A DNA stretch of 63,990 nucleotides, filler included, from Bdellovibrionota bacterium (GTDB taxonomy: Bacteria > Bdellovibrionota > Bdellovibrionia > Bdellovibrionales > JAEYZS01): NCBI GenBank assembly GCA_963169515.1. It is 7 parts of 7 records of this genome, joined end to end, with 100 filler letters (N's around TTAATTAATTAA, not from the genome) between each part and the next. Parts side by side here need not be neighbours in the genome. Positions count along the whole stretch, not along the records: positions 36,361 to 51,389 come from CAUJEF010000043.1; 6 more parts are not named here. One strand, 5' to 3'. Positions 38,433-48,970 of the stretch are shown here, one piece after another. A model generated the notes under the pieces. It did no database searches. It was not told the origin of the DNA and saw only the letters and a list, made by a program, of their open reading frames with translations. Positions within the stretch are counted from its first letter, which is position 1, and each line of letters opens with the position of its first letter. The position numbers were made by a program, and so were the translations under genes.

Positions 38433-39816
38433 AAACGCCCCAAACATTCACGATCACTGCAAACAGAATAAATAAAGGAACTACCCAACGGATAAGAAAC
38501 TGCCAATCTCCAAACAAGGCGATTGTTTCCGGCTGATTTGGATCAATAAATAAATTTTTCTTTTGCTCAGTCTTCATTCCGTACCCAACCGCAAGCGCAA
38601 TACCCAGCGCCACCAGAGGCAGAATCCAATTTACTACAAAGGTATCGAAAAAGGTAAGAATTGGCATTTTCAAAATTTTTATATCCTTCAAAACTGAACT
38701 TGAAAGTGCGGGCAAAATTGCAATGCCAAAGGCGATAAATCCCATGCGGCGAGCCGCTCTGGGACGCGTGAACTTATGCCGGTCCACAAGATTTGAAACG
38801 CTGGCTTCTAGCAGTCCGATACTGGATGCAAGTGCTGCAATATAGAGACACAGCAAAAAAGCCACGCCAATTAATTTCCCACAGCCAAAAGACTCGCACT
38901 GTACTTGATCGAAAAGCCTTGGGAGAGCGTCAAACATCAAACTTGGTCCAGTCGCATGGGTTTTTAATGTGAACACGAGCGGAAAAATTAAAAGCCCCAC
39001 ACACAGCGACATGGCCGTGTCCAACACCACCATCCAAAAGCTCACCGGGGTCACACGACTATCTTCACGAAGGGAGCTTCCAAAAACTGCTATCGTTCCC
39101 ATACCAATACTGAGCGTAAAGCATACATGGCCGATCACTTGGGTCAATGTGCCCGATGAAATATCAGAAAAGTTTGGATAAAAAAGATACCGAATAGCAT
39201 CGCTTGCACTGGGTAACATTAGTGATCTTATAACTAAAAAAATAATCAAAGCAAAAAACAATGGCATTAACCATCCTAGCGATTTCTCAATACCCTCCCG
39301 CAATCCTTTTGATACTGCAACTGCTGTAATCAAAATATGGACGAACGTAAGCCCTACTTGAGTATATCCTTGTGTGGCTAAATTGTTTAAAAGCTCGGGG
39401 CCCTCGGTTTCCGTAACACCAAACACACTAGCCGCATACATCCCCAAAAAGTACAATACCCAACCGCATATCACAGCGTAGTAAGCCAATAACAAAACGC
39501 TCGCATAATTTGCAAATCGACCAATCCATACCCACAGATGAGTGCGCTTTAAAAGCCGAGGGGCCAACATCGACTCACGCGTCAGTTGATCAAGGGCCCC
39601 AATCACCGATTGCTTGTAAGCTTTGCCTAAAATGATTTCAGTGATAACCAGCGGAAGGCCTAGAATTAAAGCTGAAAATATGTAGGGTATAACAAAGGAC
39701 GCGCCATCGTTTGCTTCGACTACAAACGGGAACCTCCATAAGTTACCCAAGCTAAAAGCAGAGGCAACAATAACCAGGTAGTAACCATAGCGAGTGCTCC
39801 ACGCAGTTTTTCTCAC
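38422..39816 (-). CDS. Sodium-dependent transporter (NSS/SNF family)
   Basis: W.TR.G, LGNLWRFPF, F.IPY, GIEK, FTLSIGMG and GPSLMF..LP motifs. Confidence 0.9.
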   Translation of the reverse strand: MRKTAWSTRYGYYLVIVASAFSLGNLWRFPFVVEANDGASFVIPYIFSALILGLPLVITEIILGKAYKQSVIGALDQLTRESMLAPRLLKRTHLWVWIGRFANYASVLLLAYYAVICGWVLYFLGMYAASVFGVTETEGPELLNNLATQGYTQVGLTFVHILITAVAVSKGLREGIEKSLGWLMPLFFALIIFLVIRSLMLPSASDAIRYLFYPNFSDISSGTLTQVIGHVCFTLSIGMGTIAVFGSSLREDSRVTPVSFWMVVLDTAMSLCVGLLIFPLVFTLKTHATGPSLMFDALPRLFDQVQCESFGCGKLIGVAFLLCLYIAALASSIGLLEASVSNLVDRHKFTRPRAARRMGFIAFGIAILPALSSSVLKDIKILKMPILTFFDTFVVNWILPLVALGIALAVGYGMKTEQKKNLFIDPNQPETIALFGDWQFLIRWVVPLFILFAVIVNVWGVFKN

Positions 39817-41159
39817 GGCCCGTGCTCGACCTTATCGCTCTTGCGCGAAGTTTTCATAGCGTGAATCCGGATTGGAATTCCCTGCAAACCCCACTCTTCT
39901 TTGATTTGTTTTGCTAGAAACCTTCTATACGATGTTGTAACCCCCTGAGGAAGGTTGGCAAAAGCAATGAAGCTAGGTGGATATTGTTTTGTTTGAGTGA
40001 GATAGAAAAATTTAACATTTTTTGTACCACAAACTGGGGCAGGCGCTTTTCGGATCACTTTTGTAAAGAATCTATTTAATTCCGCCGTAGGAATTTTCAA
40101 TTGAACCTTATCCCAAATGTCATCAATACGGCTGAATAATGAATCTATACCGGCACCAGTTTTTGCACTTGAAAACTCGATGGGTACATCGTCAAAAAAA
40201 TGGAATGTTCGCTCCACCTGTTTCCGAAATTTCTTTTTATACTCAGGATTCGTTTTTTTTGCGACATCCGTTTTATTTGCAACGACAATCACTGGTTTAT
40301 GGTGTTCAGCAACCAATTGCATGATTTTTGCTTCTTGTTCGGAAAGTGGCTCTGTCGCATCCACAACGAGCAATATAAAATTCGCTCGCTGAATAGAATC
40401 AACCGATTTAAAAGAAGCAATAATTTCTACGTCATCGCTTCGCTTTGCCTTTTTACGCAGTCCTGCGGTGTCGATGATTACATATTTTCGATTGCGGCGC
40501 TCAATGGGAATATCAATGGCATCCACTGTAGTTCCCGCAATCTCGCTAACAAGGACTCGTGATTCACCAATCAACTGATTGCACAAGGAACTTTTTCCCA
40601 CGTTTGGCTTGCCTACGATGGCGATTGTCAAATCTGGATTTGGTTCTTCACTTAAATCTTTATTTGCAAACAAAACAACCCATTCTAACATTTCCGTAAT
40701 TCCCATTCGGGTCTCAAACGCTGCGGGATGCAAATCAATTCCAAGCGCATAAAATTCAGCCATTTGTTCCTCAAGACGACTGAGACTATCCATTTTATTC
40801 ACCAAGGTATAAAATGGTTTACCTGATTTCTTGATCACAGAGAGCAATGTTTTATCATCAGGATGCAATCCTTCCCGACCGTCTAGCACAAAAACAATTG
40901 CATCTACTTTTTTGATTGTTTCTAAAACTTTTTGCTTAATAAGCGCGGGGATTAGATCTTTTGAATCCGTTACTCCGCCCGTATCCAATATGTCGACCTT
41001 TACGCCAGCCCATTCGCAAGCCCCGTACTGAACATCCCGGGTCACTCCCGGTTGATTTTTTACAACCGCACGCCGAGAATTTGTTAAAATATTAAACAAC
41101 GTCGACTTCCCAACATTGGGGCGCCCAACAATTGCAATTTTAGTTTTGTTGGACAACAT
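39813..41159 (-). CDS. der: Ribosome biogenesis GTPase Der
   Basis: Two G domains (GRPNVGKST, GVTRD, DTGG; GKPNVGKSS, GTTVD, DTAG). Confidence 0.97.
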   Translation of the reverse strand: MLSNKTKIAIVGRPNVGKSTLFNILTNSRRAVVKNQPGVTRDVQYGACEWAGVKVDILDTGGVTDSKDLIPALIKQKVLETIKKVDAIVFVLDGREGLHPDDKTLLSVIKKSGKPFYTLVNKMDSLSRLEEQMAEFYALGIDLHPAAFETRMGITEMLEWVVLFANKDLSEEPNPDLTIAIVGKPNVGKSSLCNQLIGESRVLVSEIAGTTVDAIDIPIERRNRKYVIIDTAGLRKKAKRSDDVEIIASFKSVDSIQRANFILLVVDATEPLSEQEAKIMQLVAEHHKPVIVVANKTDVAKKTNPEYKKKFRKQVERTFHFFDDVPIEFSSAKTGAGIDSLFSRIDDIWDKVQLKIPTAELNRFFTKVIRKAPAPVCGTKNVKFFYLTQTKQYPPSFIAFANLPQGVTTSYRRFLAKQIKEEWGLQGIPIRIHAMKTSRKSDKVEHGP

Positions 41160-42036
41160 AACCGAGTTCTTCCATTAATTGTGGATTTTTAATCCAATTT
41201 TTTTTAACGCTTACATGGAGCTCCAAATACACTTTTTTGTTGAGCATCTTTTCCATGTCTTTACGTGCCTGCATTCCAATTTGCTTTAGCATTTGACCCT
41301 TTTGACCGATAACAATTTTTTTATGTGATTCCTTTTCCACAACCAGGTCGGCATGAATTCTGACCAGTCCAGGGAGTTCTTCAAACTGGCGAACAAGAAC
41401 CGCAAGGTCATATGGTATTTCCTCGAATAACATTTCAAAGCACTTTTCCCGTACCATCTCGCCCGCAATATATCTTACTTTTTCTGTTGTATAGACATCG
41501 TCGTCATACAAAGGGGCGGGCGATTCTGGCAGAAGCGTCTTAATCACTTGCTTTATTTTTTGGCGAGCTTGTTCTGGATCTTTCAAAGCAGAAATCTCTA
41601 TCACTGGGACTTCCAAAATTTCCAATTTTGTTCGTATTACAGATGCACGATGGCCCAAGCCCAAATCTTTCTTGGTCACGACCGCTGCCCACGGTTTTTT
41701 CGCATTTTTTACCAATTCTAAAATATTTTCTATGGGTTCTGGAGACTCGGCGTCGACATTCAGTATAGCAAGAAGCGCGTCAGAATCTTTAATTACACCC
41801 CTGTATTCTTCAATTAAAAAAGAATTTAGTCCCTTGTCATTTCGAATAACCCCTGGTGCATCGACGAAAATCGCTTGAAAATCATCTTCAGTTAGAATTC
41901 CTGTAATCCGTTTGCGCGTGGTTTGTGGTTTTTTTGAGACAATCGAAATCTTTTCCCCAATTAAGGAATTTACAAGCGTGCTTTTGCCCGCATTAGGGAT
42001 TCCAATTAAACCAATAAAGCCGGCCCTGTAGTTCAT
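41140..42036 (-). CDS. era: GTPase Era
   Basis: PNAGKSTL, SIVSKKPQTTR, EEIPY and VIGQKG motifs (KH domain). Confidence 0.97.
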   Translation of the reverse strand: MNYRAGFIGLIGIPNAGKSTLVNSLIGEKISIVSKKPQTTRKRITGILTEDDFQAIFVDAPGVIRNDKGLNSFLIEEYRGVIKDSDALLAILNVDAESPEPIENILELVKNAKKPWAAVVTKKDLGLGHRASVIRTKLEILEVPVIEISALKDPEQARQKIKQVIKTLLPESPAPLYDDDVYTTEKVRYIAGEMVREKCFEMLFEEIPYDLAVLVRQFEELPGLVRIHADLVVEKESHKKIVIGQKGQMLKQIGMQARKDMEKMLNKKVYLELHVSVKKNWIKNPQLMEELGYVVQQN

Positions 42037-42725
42037 TACAATGTCTCCAATGCCTTTTGGGCCGCATTTTGTTCTGCTTGCTTTTTACTTTTACCCGAAG
42101 ATCTCGCCAAGGGCTGGCCCTTGATTTTAACTTCGACTTCGAAAGTTTTTTGATGCTCAGGCCCTGTAGCACCCACAAGAGCATATTCTGGAACAGCCTG
42201 ATGACTCTTTTGAATAATTTCTTGCAATCGAGTTTTGTAATCCGTATCAAATTGTGCATTTTGCAAAAGCTGCATCCGCTCAGAAAACAATTTGGCTACT
42301 GTAATGTACGCGACTTGAAAACCCTGATCCAGATAGAGAGCGCCAATAACAGCCTCCAGTGCCGATGCTAAAATGCGTGGATTTTGCAAAATATCTCGCT
42401 CTGATTTTCCAACCCGTAAAATCTGATCTATCCCAAGATTACACGCTAGATCCGAAAGCGAAGATTCATTAACAAGACTTGCACGCTTTTTTGTAAGATC
42501 CCCTTCCGTGTTATTGGGAAACTCGAACATCAAAAGATCACTCAGCGCCAAATCAAAAACGCTATCCCCTAAAAACTCGAGGCGTTCGTTATGAATTTCA
42601 CCACGGTTTTGTGCATGGGGGTTTACGCTTTTATGGGTAAGGGCTTGCTCAAGCAGACGAATATTTGAAAATTGTGCTCCAAGGCGATCTTGTAGCATTT
42701 TTAAGGTAATCAAGGATCTCTCCAT
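42036..42725 (-). CDS. rnc: Ribonuclease III
   Basis: NERLEFLGD; DYKTRLQE; SKKQAEQ (dsRBD). Confidence 0.97.
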   Translation of the reverse strand: MERSLITLKMLQDRLGAQFSNIRLLEQALTHKSVNPHAQNRGEIHNERLEFLGDSVFDLALSDLLMFEFPNNTEGDLTKKRASLVNESSLSDLACNLGIDQILRVGKSERDILQNPRILASALEAVIGALYLDQGFQVAYITVAKLFSERMQLLQNAQFDTDYKTRLQEIIQKSHQAVPEYALVGATGPEHQKTFEVEVKIKGQPLARSSGKSKKQAEQNAAQKALETL

Positions 42726-42766
42726 ATTGAGAATGGTCCAATAAATTTGCCCTATAGATATCGAAT

Positions 42767-44074
42767 TTAGCCTAAAGCGTCAAGAGCTATACCCTTAAGA
42801 TAGCCATCCATGCGAGACTTGATGGAATAGTCGTATCCTGTTATTTTTACTTGGATTTCTGCACAAGATCCATTTGCTATTGGTAGATTACCGCTAAGGT
42901 CCACCGGCCAATAATCGCGGGAAAGCCCCATTTGGTTTTTTAACACTAGCACAGATTTAACCTTTCCAACCTGATCTAAGGCAGCTTGAGCATATCGTTC
43001 ACTTGATAGGTTCCTGAGCTTTTCTGATCGGAGCTTACGTTCACGCGGGGGCACCGGATTTTCAATTCGAATTGCTTTTGTACCCGGCCGCTCACTGTAT
43101 GGGAAAACATGGATGCGGGTCCACGGCAAACTGGATAATCGGTCATAAGTGTCTTTAAATTCAGCGTTGGTCTCGCCTGGGAAGCCTGTGATCACATCCA
43201 TACCCACAAAGACGTCAGGAATTTTTGCAATTCTGGTTAGAGATCTTGCGACATCTTCGGCTGTATATTTTCGGCGCATATCTGCTAGCACCTTTGTGTT
43301 GGCGCTTTGAATGCTCATGTGGAAATGGGGACACATTCTTGAATCAGCATATATATCCAGTAAACGATCAGAAATTTCAATTGGCTCTAAGCTGCTCAGG
43401 CGTACCCGTGGGATTTTTGTTTTGGTTAATATTGTTTCGATCAAATCTTCAAGTTTTTTGTCTTTGTCCTCATAATCTCCGATATGAACGCCCGTCAGGA
43501 CGACTTCGCTTGCCCCATTCCAAGAAAGTTCTTGAACACGATCGACGAGATCTTGAACAGGGATACTCCGACTTTTTCCACGAGCAAAAGGAATAATACA
43601 ATATGTGCAGAAACTATTGCACCCATCCTGGATCTTTAGAAACGTGCGCGTGTGCCGCTCTTCAATCCCGCCACCGGCCTCTAAATCTTCTTTTCGGAAA
43701 ATATTTGATTGGAAAACCTTCTGTGTAAGCTCACCATTCAAGTGTTGGCGAATTAGATTCTCGATGTCTCCCTTGTGGGAATTGGCCACGACCAAATCTG
43801 CACCCGACAAGTTGGCAAATTGATCCGTATCTACCTGTGCTGCACACCCTGTAACAACAACAGTGATGTTTGGATTTTTTAGCTTTATTTTTCTAACAGC
43901 ACGGATCGCTTCCCGGGTTGCCTCTTGCGTTACTGCGCAGGTATTCAGAATGTGGACCTGCGGCGTTTCGGATGAGGCAAATCCGTCTTTTTTTAAGCGC
44001 TCCTGGAGAAGTCCAGTATCGTAAGTATTTACCTTACAGCCGAAAGTTTTAATTTTATATTCTAGACGATCCAT
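42767..44074 (-). CDS. mtaB: tRNA t6A37 methylthiotransferase
   Basis: [32 protein letters not shown] and [11 protein letters not shown] motifs. Confidence 0.93.
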   Translation of the reverse strand: MDRLEYKIKTFGCKVNTYDTGLLQERLKKDGFASSETPQVHILNTCAVTQEATREAIRAVRKIKLKNPNITVVVTGCAAQVDTDQFANLSGADLVVANSHKGDIENLIRQHLNGELTQKVFQSNIFRKEDLEAGGGIEERHTRTFLKIQDGCNSFCTYCIIPFARGKSRSIPVQDLVDRVQELSWNGASEVVLTGVHIGDYEDKDKKLEDLIETILTKTKIPRVRLSSLEPIEISDRLLDIYADSRMCPHFHMSIQSANTKVLADMRRKYTAEDVARSLTRIAKIPDVFVGMDVITGFPGETNAEFKDTYDRLSSLPWTRIHVFPYSERPGTKAIRIENPVPPRERKLRSEKLRNLSSERYAQAALDQVGKVKSVLVLKNQMGLSRDYWPVDLSGNLPIANGSCAEIQVKITGYDYSIKSRMDGYLKGIALDALG

Positions 44075-45195
44075 CCACCACCCAAAAGATCACGATTGCG
44101 GTATACGACTGCCGCTTGCCCGGGCGTTACCGCACGCACGGGTTCATTAAATACTATTTTTGCACCTTTTTCAGTTTTGTGAACACGGCCTTGTGCCCCA
44201 CGATGAGCATAGCGAATTTTAACGTCCAAAAGCTCGTCTTCTTCGAACTCATTAAGCCAGTTTGGATTTTCAATCACAATCTCTGTCTGATACAGATATT
44301 GCTCTTCGCCAATCCATACCGTGTTGGTTTCAAAATCAGTTTTAATAACAAACAAAGGCTGACTATGATTGTATTCCAATTCTAAACCCTTACGCTGGCC
44401 GTAAGTAAAATTATGAATGCCCTTATGGGTCCCGATTACAACACCTGAAGGATACAATCGAAACTGCCCGCCATGGATCAGGTCAGGGCTCACTTGAGAT
44501 TCTACAAACTTTGCATAGTCGTTCTTTCCCACAAAGCAAATTCCTGTGGAGTCCTTTTTTCGCGCAACCAATAGATTTTTTTCTTCGGCAATTTTACGAA
44601 CGGAATCTTTTTTCAGGTGCCCCACTGGAAATAACAAGCGGGGAATCACTTTTTTATTCATAGTAAACAAAAAATAGGTCTGATCCTTCCAATCATCTTC
44701 GCTGGTGCGAATACAGGGCTTACCCATTGGATCTATTTCAATCGATGCATAGTGACCTGTTGCCAAATGATCGCATCCCAATTCATACATTTTTTGTATC
44801 AGGTGATCAAATTTCAAATATGTATTACAGTTCACACATGGGAGAGGCGTTTTTCCTGAAAGATAATTTTCGACAAACGGATCGATAACGTGGGCCTTAA
44901 ATTTTGCTTCACAATTCATAACATAGAATGGAATATCCAATTTTTCAGCGACGGCACGAGCATCGTCCACGTCCACGCTCGAACAGCAGGTACCGTTCCC
45001 TTCTTCAATACTACATTCGGTGTAATCCCAAACCTGCATCGTAATGCCAACAACATCATAACCCTGTTCCACAAGCAGCGCCGCTGCAACAGAACTATCC
45101 ACACCGCCACTCATGGCGACAAGGACCTTTCCTTTTTTTCGATTTTCACGGACGTCAGGGGGGACGTCTTTCAGACAAAACGTAGGCATGCTCAT
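44062..45195 (-). CDS. mnmA: tRNA 2-thiouridylase
   Basis: [34 protein letters not shown] and AVTPGQ motifs. Confidence 0.97.
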   Translation of the reverse strand: MSMPTFCLKDVPPDVRENRKKGKVLVAMSGGVDSSVAAALLVEQGYDVVGITMQVWDYTECSIEEGNGTCCSSVDVDDARAVAEKLDIPFYVMNCEAKFKAHVIDPFVENYLSGKTPLPCVNCNTYLKFDHLIQKMYELGCDHLATGHYASIEIDPMGKPCIRTSEDDWKDQTYFLFTMNKKVIPRLLFPVGHLKKDSVRKIAEEKNLLVARKKDSTGICFVGKNDYAKFVESQVSPDLIHGGQFRLYPSGVVIGTHKGIHNFTYGQRKGLELEYNHSQPLFVIKTDFETNTVWIGEEQYLYQTEIVIENPNWLNEFEEDELLDVKIRYAHRGAQGRVHKTEKGAKIVFNEPVRAVTPGQAAVVYRNRDLLGGGWIV

Positions 45196-45229
45196 AAAAT
45201 CCTCACATCAGATTAATGGTCTGCAGAGT

Positions 45230-46393
45230 TTATTGTTCGTCGGCCTTACTTAATAGCCGCACTCTTTGTGTGACTTTATTTAATGTTTCGAGGAAAAAAT
45301 CAACTTCTTCTTTTGTATTTTCCCACCCCAAGCTAATTCTAAGGCTATTTTGAGCCTCAAGGCGGGACCATCCCATTGCTCGCAAGACGGGACTTGGCTC
45401 GTTACTGCCTGAACTGCAGGCGGCACCAGTACTCACAGAAAAGCCCTCTAAATCAAGATTCATAAGCATGGTTTCACCATCACATCCCTCAATACGCAGA
45501 TTGGTCGTGTTCGGCAGACGCTTCTGGCCTGTCCCATGCACTTCAATTCCTGGAATTTTAACAACCTCGGACTCTAAATAGTTCCGCAACTGCTCGACGT
45601 TTTTATAATGGACCGAGACTTCATCCTTTTTGCCGCACATATATCCCAATTATGCAATCGAAAGGGTGTTTTCGGTTCCCGCGCGACGATTTCGCTCTTG
45701 CCCCCCACCATGGATAAGATTCTCTAATCTTACACCCGTCCGCACATACAAAACTCCAACCCCCTTCAAAGCATAAAATTTGTGTCCTGAAAAGCTTGCC
45801 AGGTCAACTTCGAGCTCTGAAATATTAAGCGACATTTTGCCCAACGCCTGCACGGCATCGGTGTGAAAGAGCGCCCCCTTTTCATGTGCGATCTTTGCCA
45901 TTTTCCTTATTGGGAAGACGTGGCCTGTTTCATTATTGGCAAGCATACACGAAACAAGAGCCGTATCGGATCGAACTTGTCTTTCAAATTTTTCTAAATC
46001 AATTTCGCCAAATTTATTCACATCAATATATTCAACGTCAGCACCCTGTCTTTTTAGAAATTCAAATGTTTCTAAGACGCTTGGATGTTCCACCGTGCTG
46101 ACAAGATAATGATTTTTAGCAATGGCCGTCGATTTATTGTTTTGAAAAAAAATACCCTTGATTGCAAAATTATTACTTTCGCTCCCACCCGCAGTAAAAA
46201 TGACTTCCAATTGATTTACGTGGATTAGGTCTGAAAAATTCTTACGAGCTTCGCGGATAATTGTCTTAGGTTCGCGTCCAGATTGATGAATGCTCGATGC
46301 ATTACCCCAACTTTTGAGCCACTGGCCACTCCGCTCCAAAATCTCTGGGTGAATAGGTGTTGTTGCATTGTGGTCGAAATAAATTCGTTTCAT
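45230..46393 (-). pseudogene. iscS: Cysteine desulfurase (IscS/NifS) interrupted by an in-frame TAA at 45650-45652
   Basis: IYFDHNATT, NNETG, HTDAVQ, SGHKF, RAGTEN-SIA*LGY... continues in the same frame to STGAACSSGS; may be a sequence error. Confidence 0.85.
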
Positions 46394-46401
46394 TGGGGCG
46401 T

Positions 46402-46430
46402 ACAATATCGCTTTTGAGGTAGTTTTGCAA
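46402..46430 (-). promoter_or_regulatory. Putative sigma70 promoter of the iscS-mnmA operon
   Basis: TTGCAA-N17-TATTGT, 8 nt before ATG 46393, no SD. Confidence 0.45.
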
Positions 46431-46450
46431 AGAAACGATTTTTGCACATT

Positions 46451-48904
46451 TTATGAAGCCTGGTTTACCTCGCGGCGGTCGAACCCCGGAACTTGGTATA
46501 AATAAATCCAGGTTTCGCAACCTCTAGCCCAAACAAGAGTCGTTCTCGTAATATTTCCATTATCAAGAGTGATAAACAATTGGTCTGGCGTCACAGGTCC
46601 CAAAATCGTGCCCCGTGGGCCATAGACATACCATTCACCATCTTTTAAATCCTGCTGATATTCTGGCCCAGGAATGGGAATGCTTACAGTTGGCAGTGGA
46701 TTTCTTTGCATTCCAGGAAGGCGCCATACAGGGGTTGTTTCTGCATCACCTTCCTTAAAAGCGTGTACCTTGCCAGCATCAATTTGTAAGCTTTTTGCTT
46801 TTAAAATTATTTCCTTCAAACTAAACGGTCCTTCGGGCTCTGAACTCTTTGAATGATCTACAAGATACCATTGTGGGTCGTCTTGGTTTACCACTACAAA
46901 GCTACTGACTGTTTCAGTTCGCGCTTCCTGGTCAGGTAACGTCAATTTATGTGTTTGTGACGCAATTTCAGTTTTCGTCAGAGCCTGTGCTGCCACCACA
47001 TCAACTTTTGATTCTTCCGCCTCAATAGCTTCACCCGTTGGGCTGTTGATGGCCGCAATCTGTTCGCTTGTGAATACCGAATGTAATTGCTTACTTTCAT
47101 CTTCATACCCGATTACTTTATATACCTTTAAGTTTTCTGTTTTCCCCTTGGCCTTGAGGAACAATGTTGGACCGCAAACAATTCCGCGTTCCTTCACCAG
47201 CATATAAGTGCTTTCGCTGATCAGAAAGTCCGAAGACATAACCTTTGTCGCTGCTTCAATGCGTGCCGCCTGGTTAACGGTATCGCCAATTACTGTATAC
47301 TCTAACCTCTCCTCAGACCCAATGTTACCAGCTAAAACATCACCACTGTGAATGCCAATTCCTATCTTTAATTCCTTCTGACCCGCTTCACGTTTTTTAT
47401 TGTTAAATTCAACCATAAATGAACGCATCTCAAGCCCCGCACGGACGGCATTATATGCGTCATCTGGGGTTGTGTTTGGAATACCCCACTCTGCCATAAT
47501 CGCATCGCCAACATATTTGTCGACCACACCATTCCAGCGATAAATAATTTTTACCATCTCGGTCATATATTCATTCAACATCGCAACCACCTGGTCTGGC
47601 GTCATCTCTTCAGACATTTTGGTAAATCCGCGGATATCGCTAAAAAATACCGTACAATGTTTCCGCTCTCCCCCCAGTTTGATTTCACCTGATAATAATT
47701 TTTTTGCTATTTCCTTAGAATGAAACTTTGCAAACGCACCTTTAAGTTTCTCACGCTCTTTTAAACCTTCTGTCATATTTATAAACGCAGTCGAGAGCGC
47801 GCCAATTTCATCTGTGCTCGAAGCCCGAAGATCCACATTATAGTTACCCTCTACAATCTGCTCCGTAGCCTCAAATAGGCGCTTGATAGGAGATGTCAAA
47901 GACTGAGAAAACAAAAAATTCATTATAAACGCCAAGCATACGACAATCACCATGACCAAAAATGAACGATATTGAACCCGATTAATTGTCGCTAGTGCCT
48001 GGCGCTTTTGAACCTCCGAAATCACACCGATACCTGAAATATTTAATTTTTTAAACGCTCCCAAATAGATCTCGCCATCATCACCCAGATATTCCATTTG
48101 ATGATTATCCATTTTGCTTTCTGTCAACTTCCAAACAATGGGATTTGCTGAAAGATCGGTTCCATCTATGGCCCCTTGACTCATATTAACTTTTGAATGG
48201 GCAAGCAAACGCCCCTGCCGATCTACTAAATACGACACATGAAAGCTTTTGTTTGAAAATAACTTTAGAATCGGATCATGGCGAACATCCGCTCGAAAAA
48301 ACCATTTCCCTTTTAAAAGCTTTAATTTTTCTGCAGGACCAAGTTTTGGAGAAATAGCAACTGCGCTTTTCGAGTCTTTGCTGAAAAAAGACATGCTAAA
48401 AAGCGGCACACCCAAAAACGGAGACGAGTTCACAATACTGACCTTGTCAGGATCGTTCAGTTGTTCTAGCAAAACATGCTCGCGGGGCTTATCACGCAGT
48501 TGATCTGCCGTCATACCAAACTCTGCAAGAATGTTATCCGGCACAACGGTATATATGTGAGTGAGCGAGCCGTTTTCGCTTACTTGGTAAGCATAAAAGC
48601 TTACAATATCTTCAGATCCAGCCAAAGTATTTAAGATAGCGCGAGCGGCCTCTTCTTTGTTCGCACTTCGGGTTGAAAATTGTGCCATCAGCGTGAGACG
48701 GTTGAAAGAGTCTTCAAAAATGGCTTGTACACGTTCCCCCAGGTGTTCCGCAGTCTCTTTGTTTGTTTCTTGAACACGCGTGATTGAATCCTCTTGAAAT
48801 AGGTCCGACGCAATGTAGACCACGACACCAATTGACACCATGACAAGCACGGTAACCATAAAGATTATTTTGGTTGCAATACCAATCGAATATCTTAGTT
48901 TCAC
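46451..48904 (-). CDS. Membrane class III adenylate cyclase (periplasmic sensor-HAMP-cyclase) with two C-terminal GYF_2-like domains
   Basis: 2 TM; HAMP (DEIG.L...F..M); FSDIRGFT, DKYVGDAIMA, YTVIGDTVNQAARIE; WY...GPFS and WY...GPVT...LVW..G...W. Confidence 0.9.
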   Translation of the reverse strand: MKLRYSIGIATKIIFMVTVLVMVSIGVVVYIASDLFQEDSITRVQETNKETAEHLGERVQAIFEDSFNRLTLMAQFSTRSANKEEAARAILNTLAGSEDIVSFYAYQVSENGSLTHIYTVVPDNILAEFGMTADQLRDKPREHVLLEQLNDPDKVSIVNSSPFLGVPLFSMSFFSKDSKSAVAISPKLGPAEKLKLLKGKWFFRADVRHDPILKLFSNKSFHVSYLVDRQGRLLAHSKVNMSQGAIDGTDLSANPIVWKLTESKMDNHQMEYLGDDGEIYLGAFKKLNISGIGVISEVQKRQALATINRVQYRSFLVMVIVVCLAFIMNFLFSQSLTSPIKRLFEATEQIVEGNYNVDLRASSTDEIGALSTAFINMTEGLKEREKLKGAFAKFHSKEIAKKLLSGEIKLGGERKHCTVFFSDIRGFTKMSEEMTPDQVVAMLNEYMTEMVKIIYRWNGVVDKYVGDAIMAEWGIPNTTPDDAYNAVRAGLEMRSFMVEFNNKKREAGQKELKIGIGIHSGDVLAGNIGSEERLEYTVIGDTVNQAARIEAATKVMSSDFLISESTYMLVKERGIVCGPTLFLKAKGKTENLKVYKVIGYEDESKQLHSVFTSEQIAAINSPTGEAIEAEESKVDVVAAQALTKTEIASQTHKLTLPDQEARTETVSSFVVVNQDDPQWYLVDHSKSSEPEGPFSLKEIILKAKSLQIDAGKVHAFKEGDAETTPVWRLPGMQRNPLPTVSIPIPGPEYQQDLKDGEWYVYGPRGTILGPVTPDQLFITLDNGNITRTTLVWARGCETWIYLYQVPGFDRREVNQAS

Positions 48905-48912
48905 AATACTAA

Positions 48913-48964
48913 ATATCGGTTTTTACAATATCTATCTAAAGGTTACCATTGTGAATTCCGACTT
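48913..48964. promoter_or_regulatory. Back-to-back putative sigma28 promoters
   Basis: Minus: TTTAG-N15-ACCGATAT-N8-GTG(48904); plus: TAAAG-N15-TCCGACTT-N6-GTG(48971); -35 boxes overlap at 48936-48941. Confidence 0.55.
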
Positions 48965-48970
48965 CAAAAA

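Noticed and set aside
45650..45652. Selenocysteine/pyrrolysine recoding or an alternative genetic code at the iscS stop
   Set aside because: The codon is TAA, at a non-catalytic position, and TAA terminates many neighbouring genes normally
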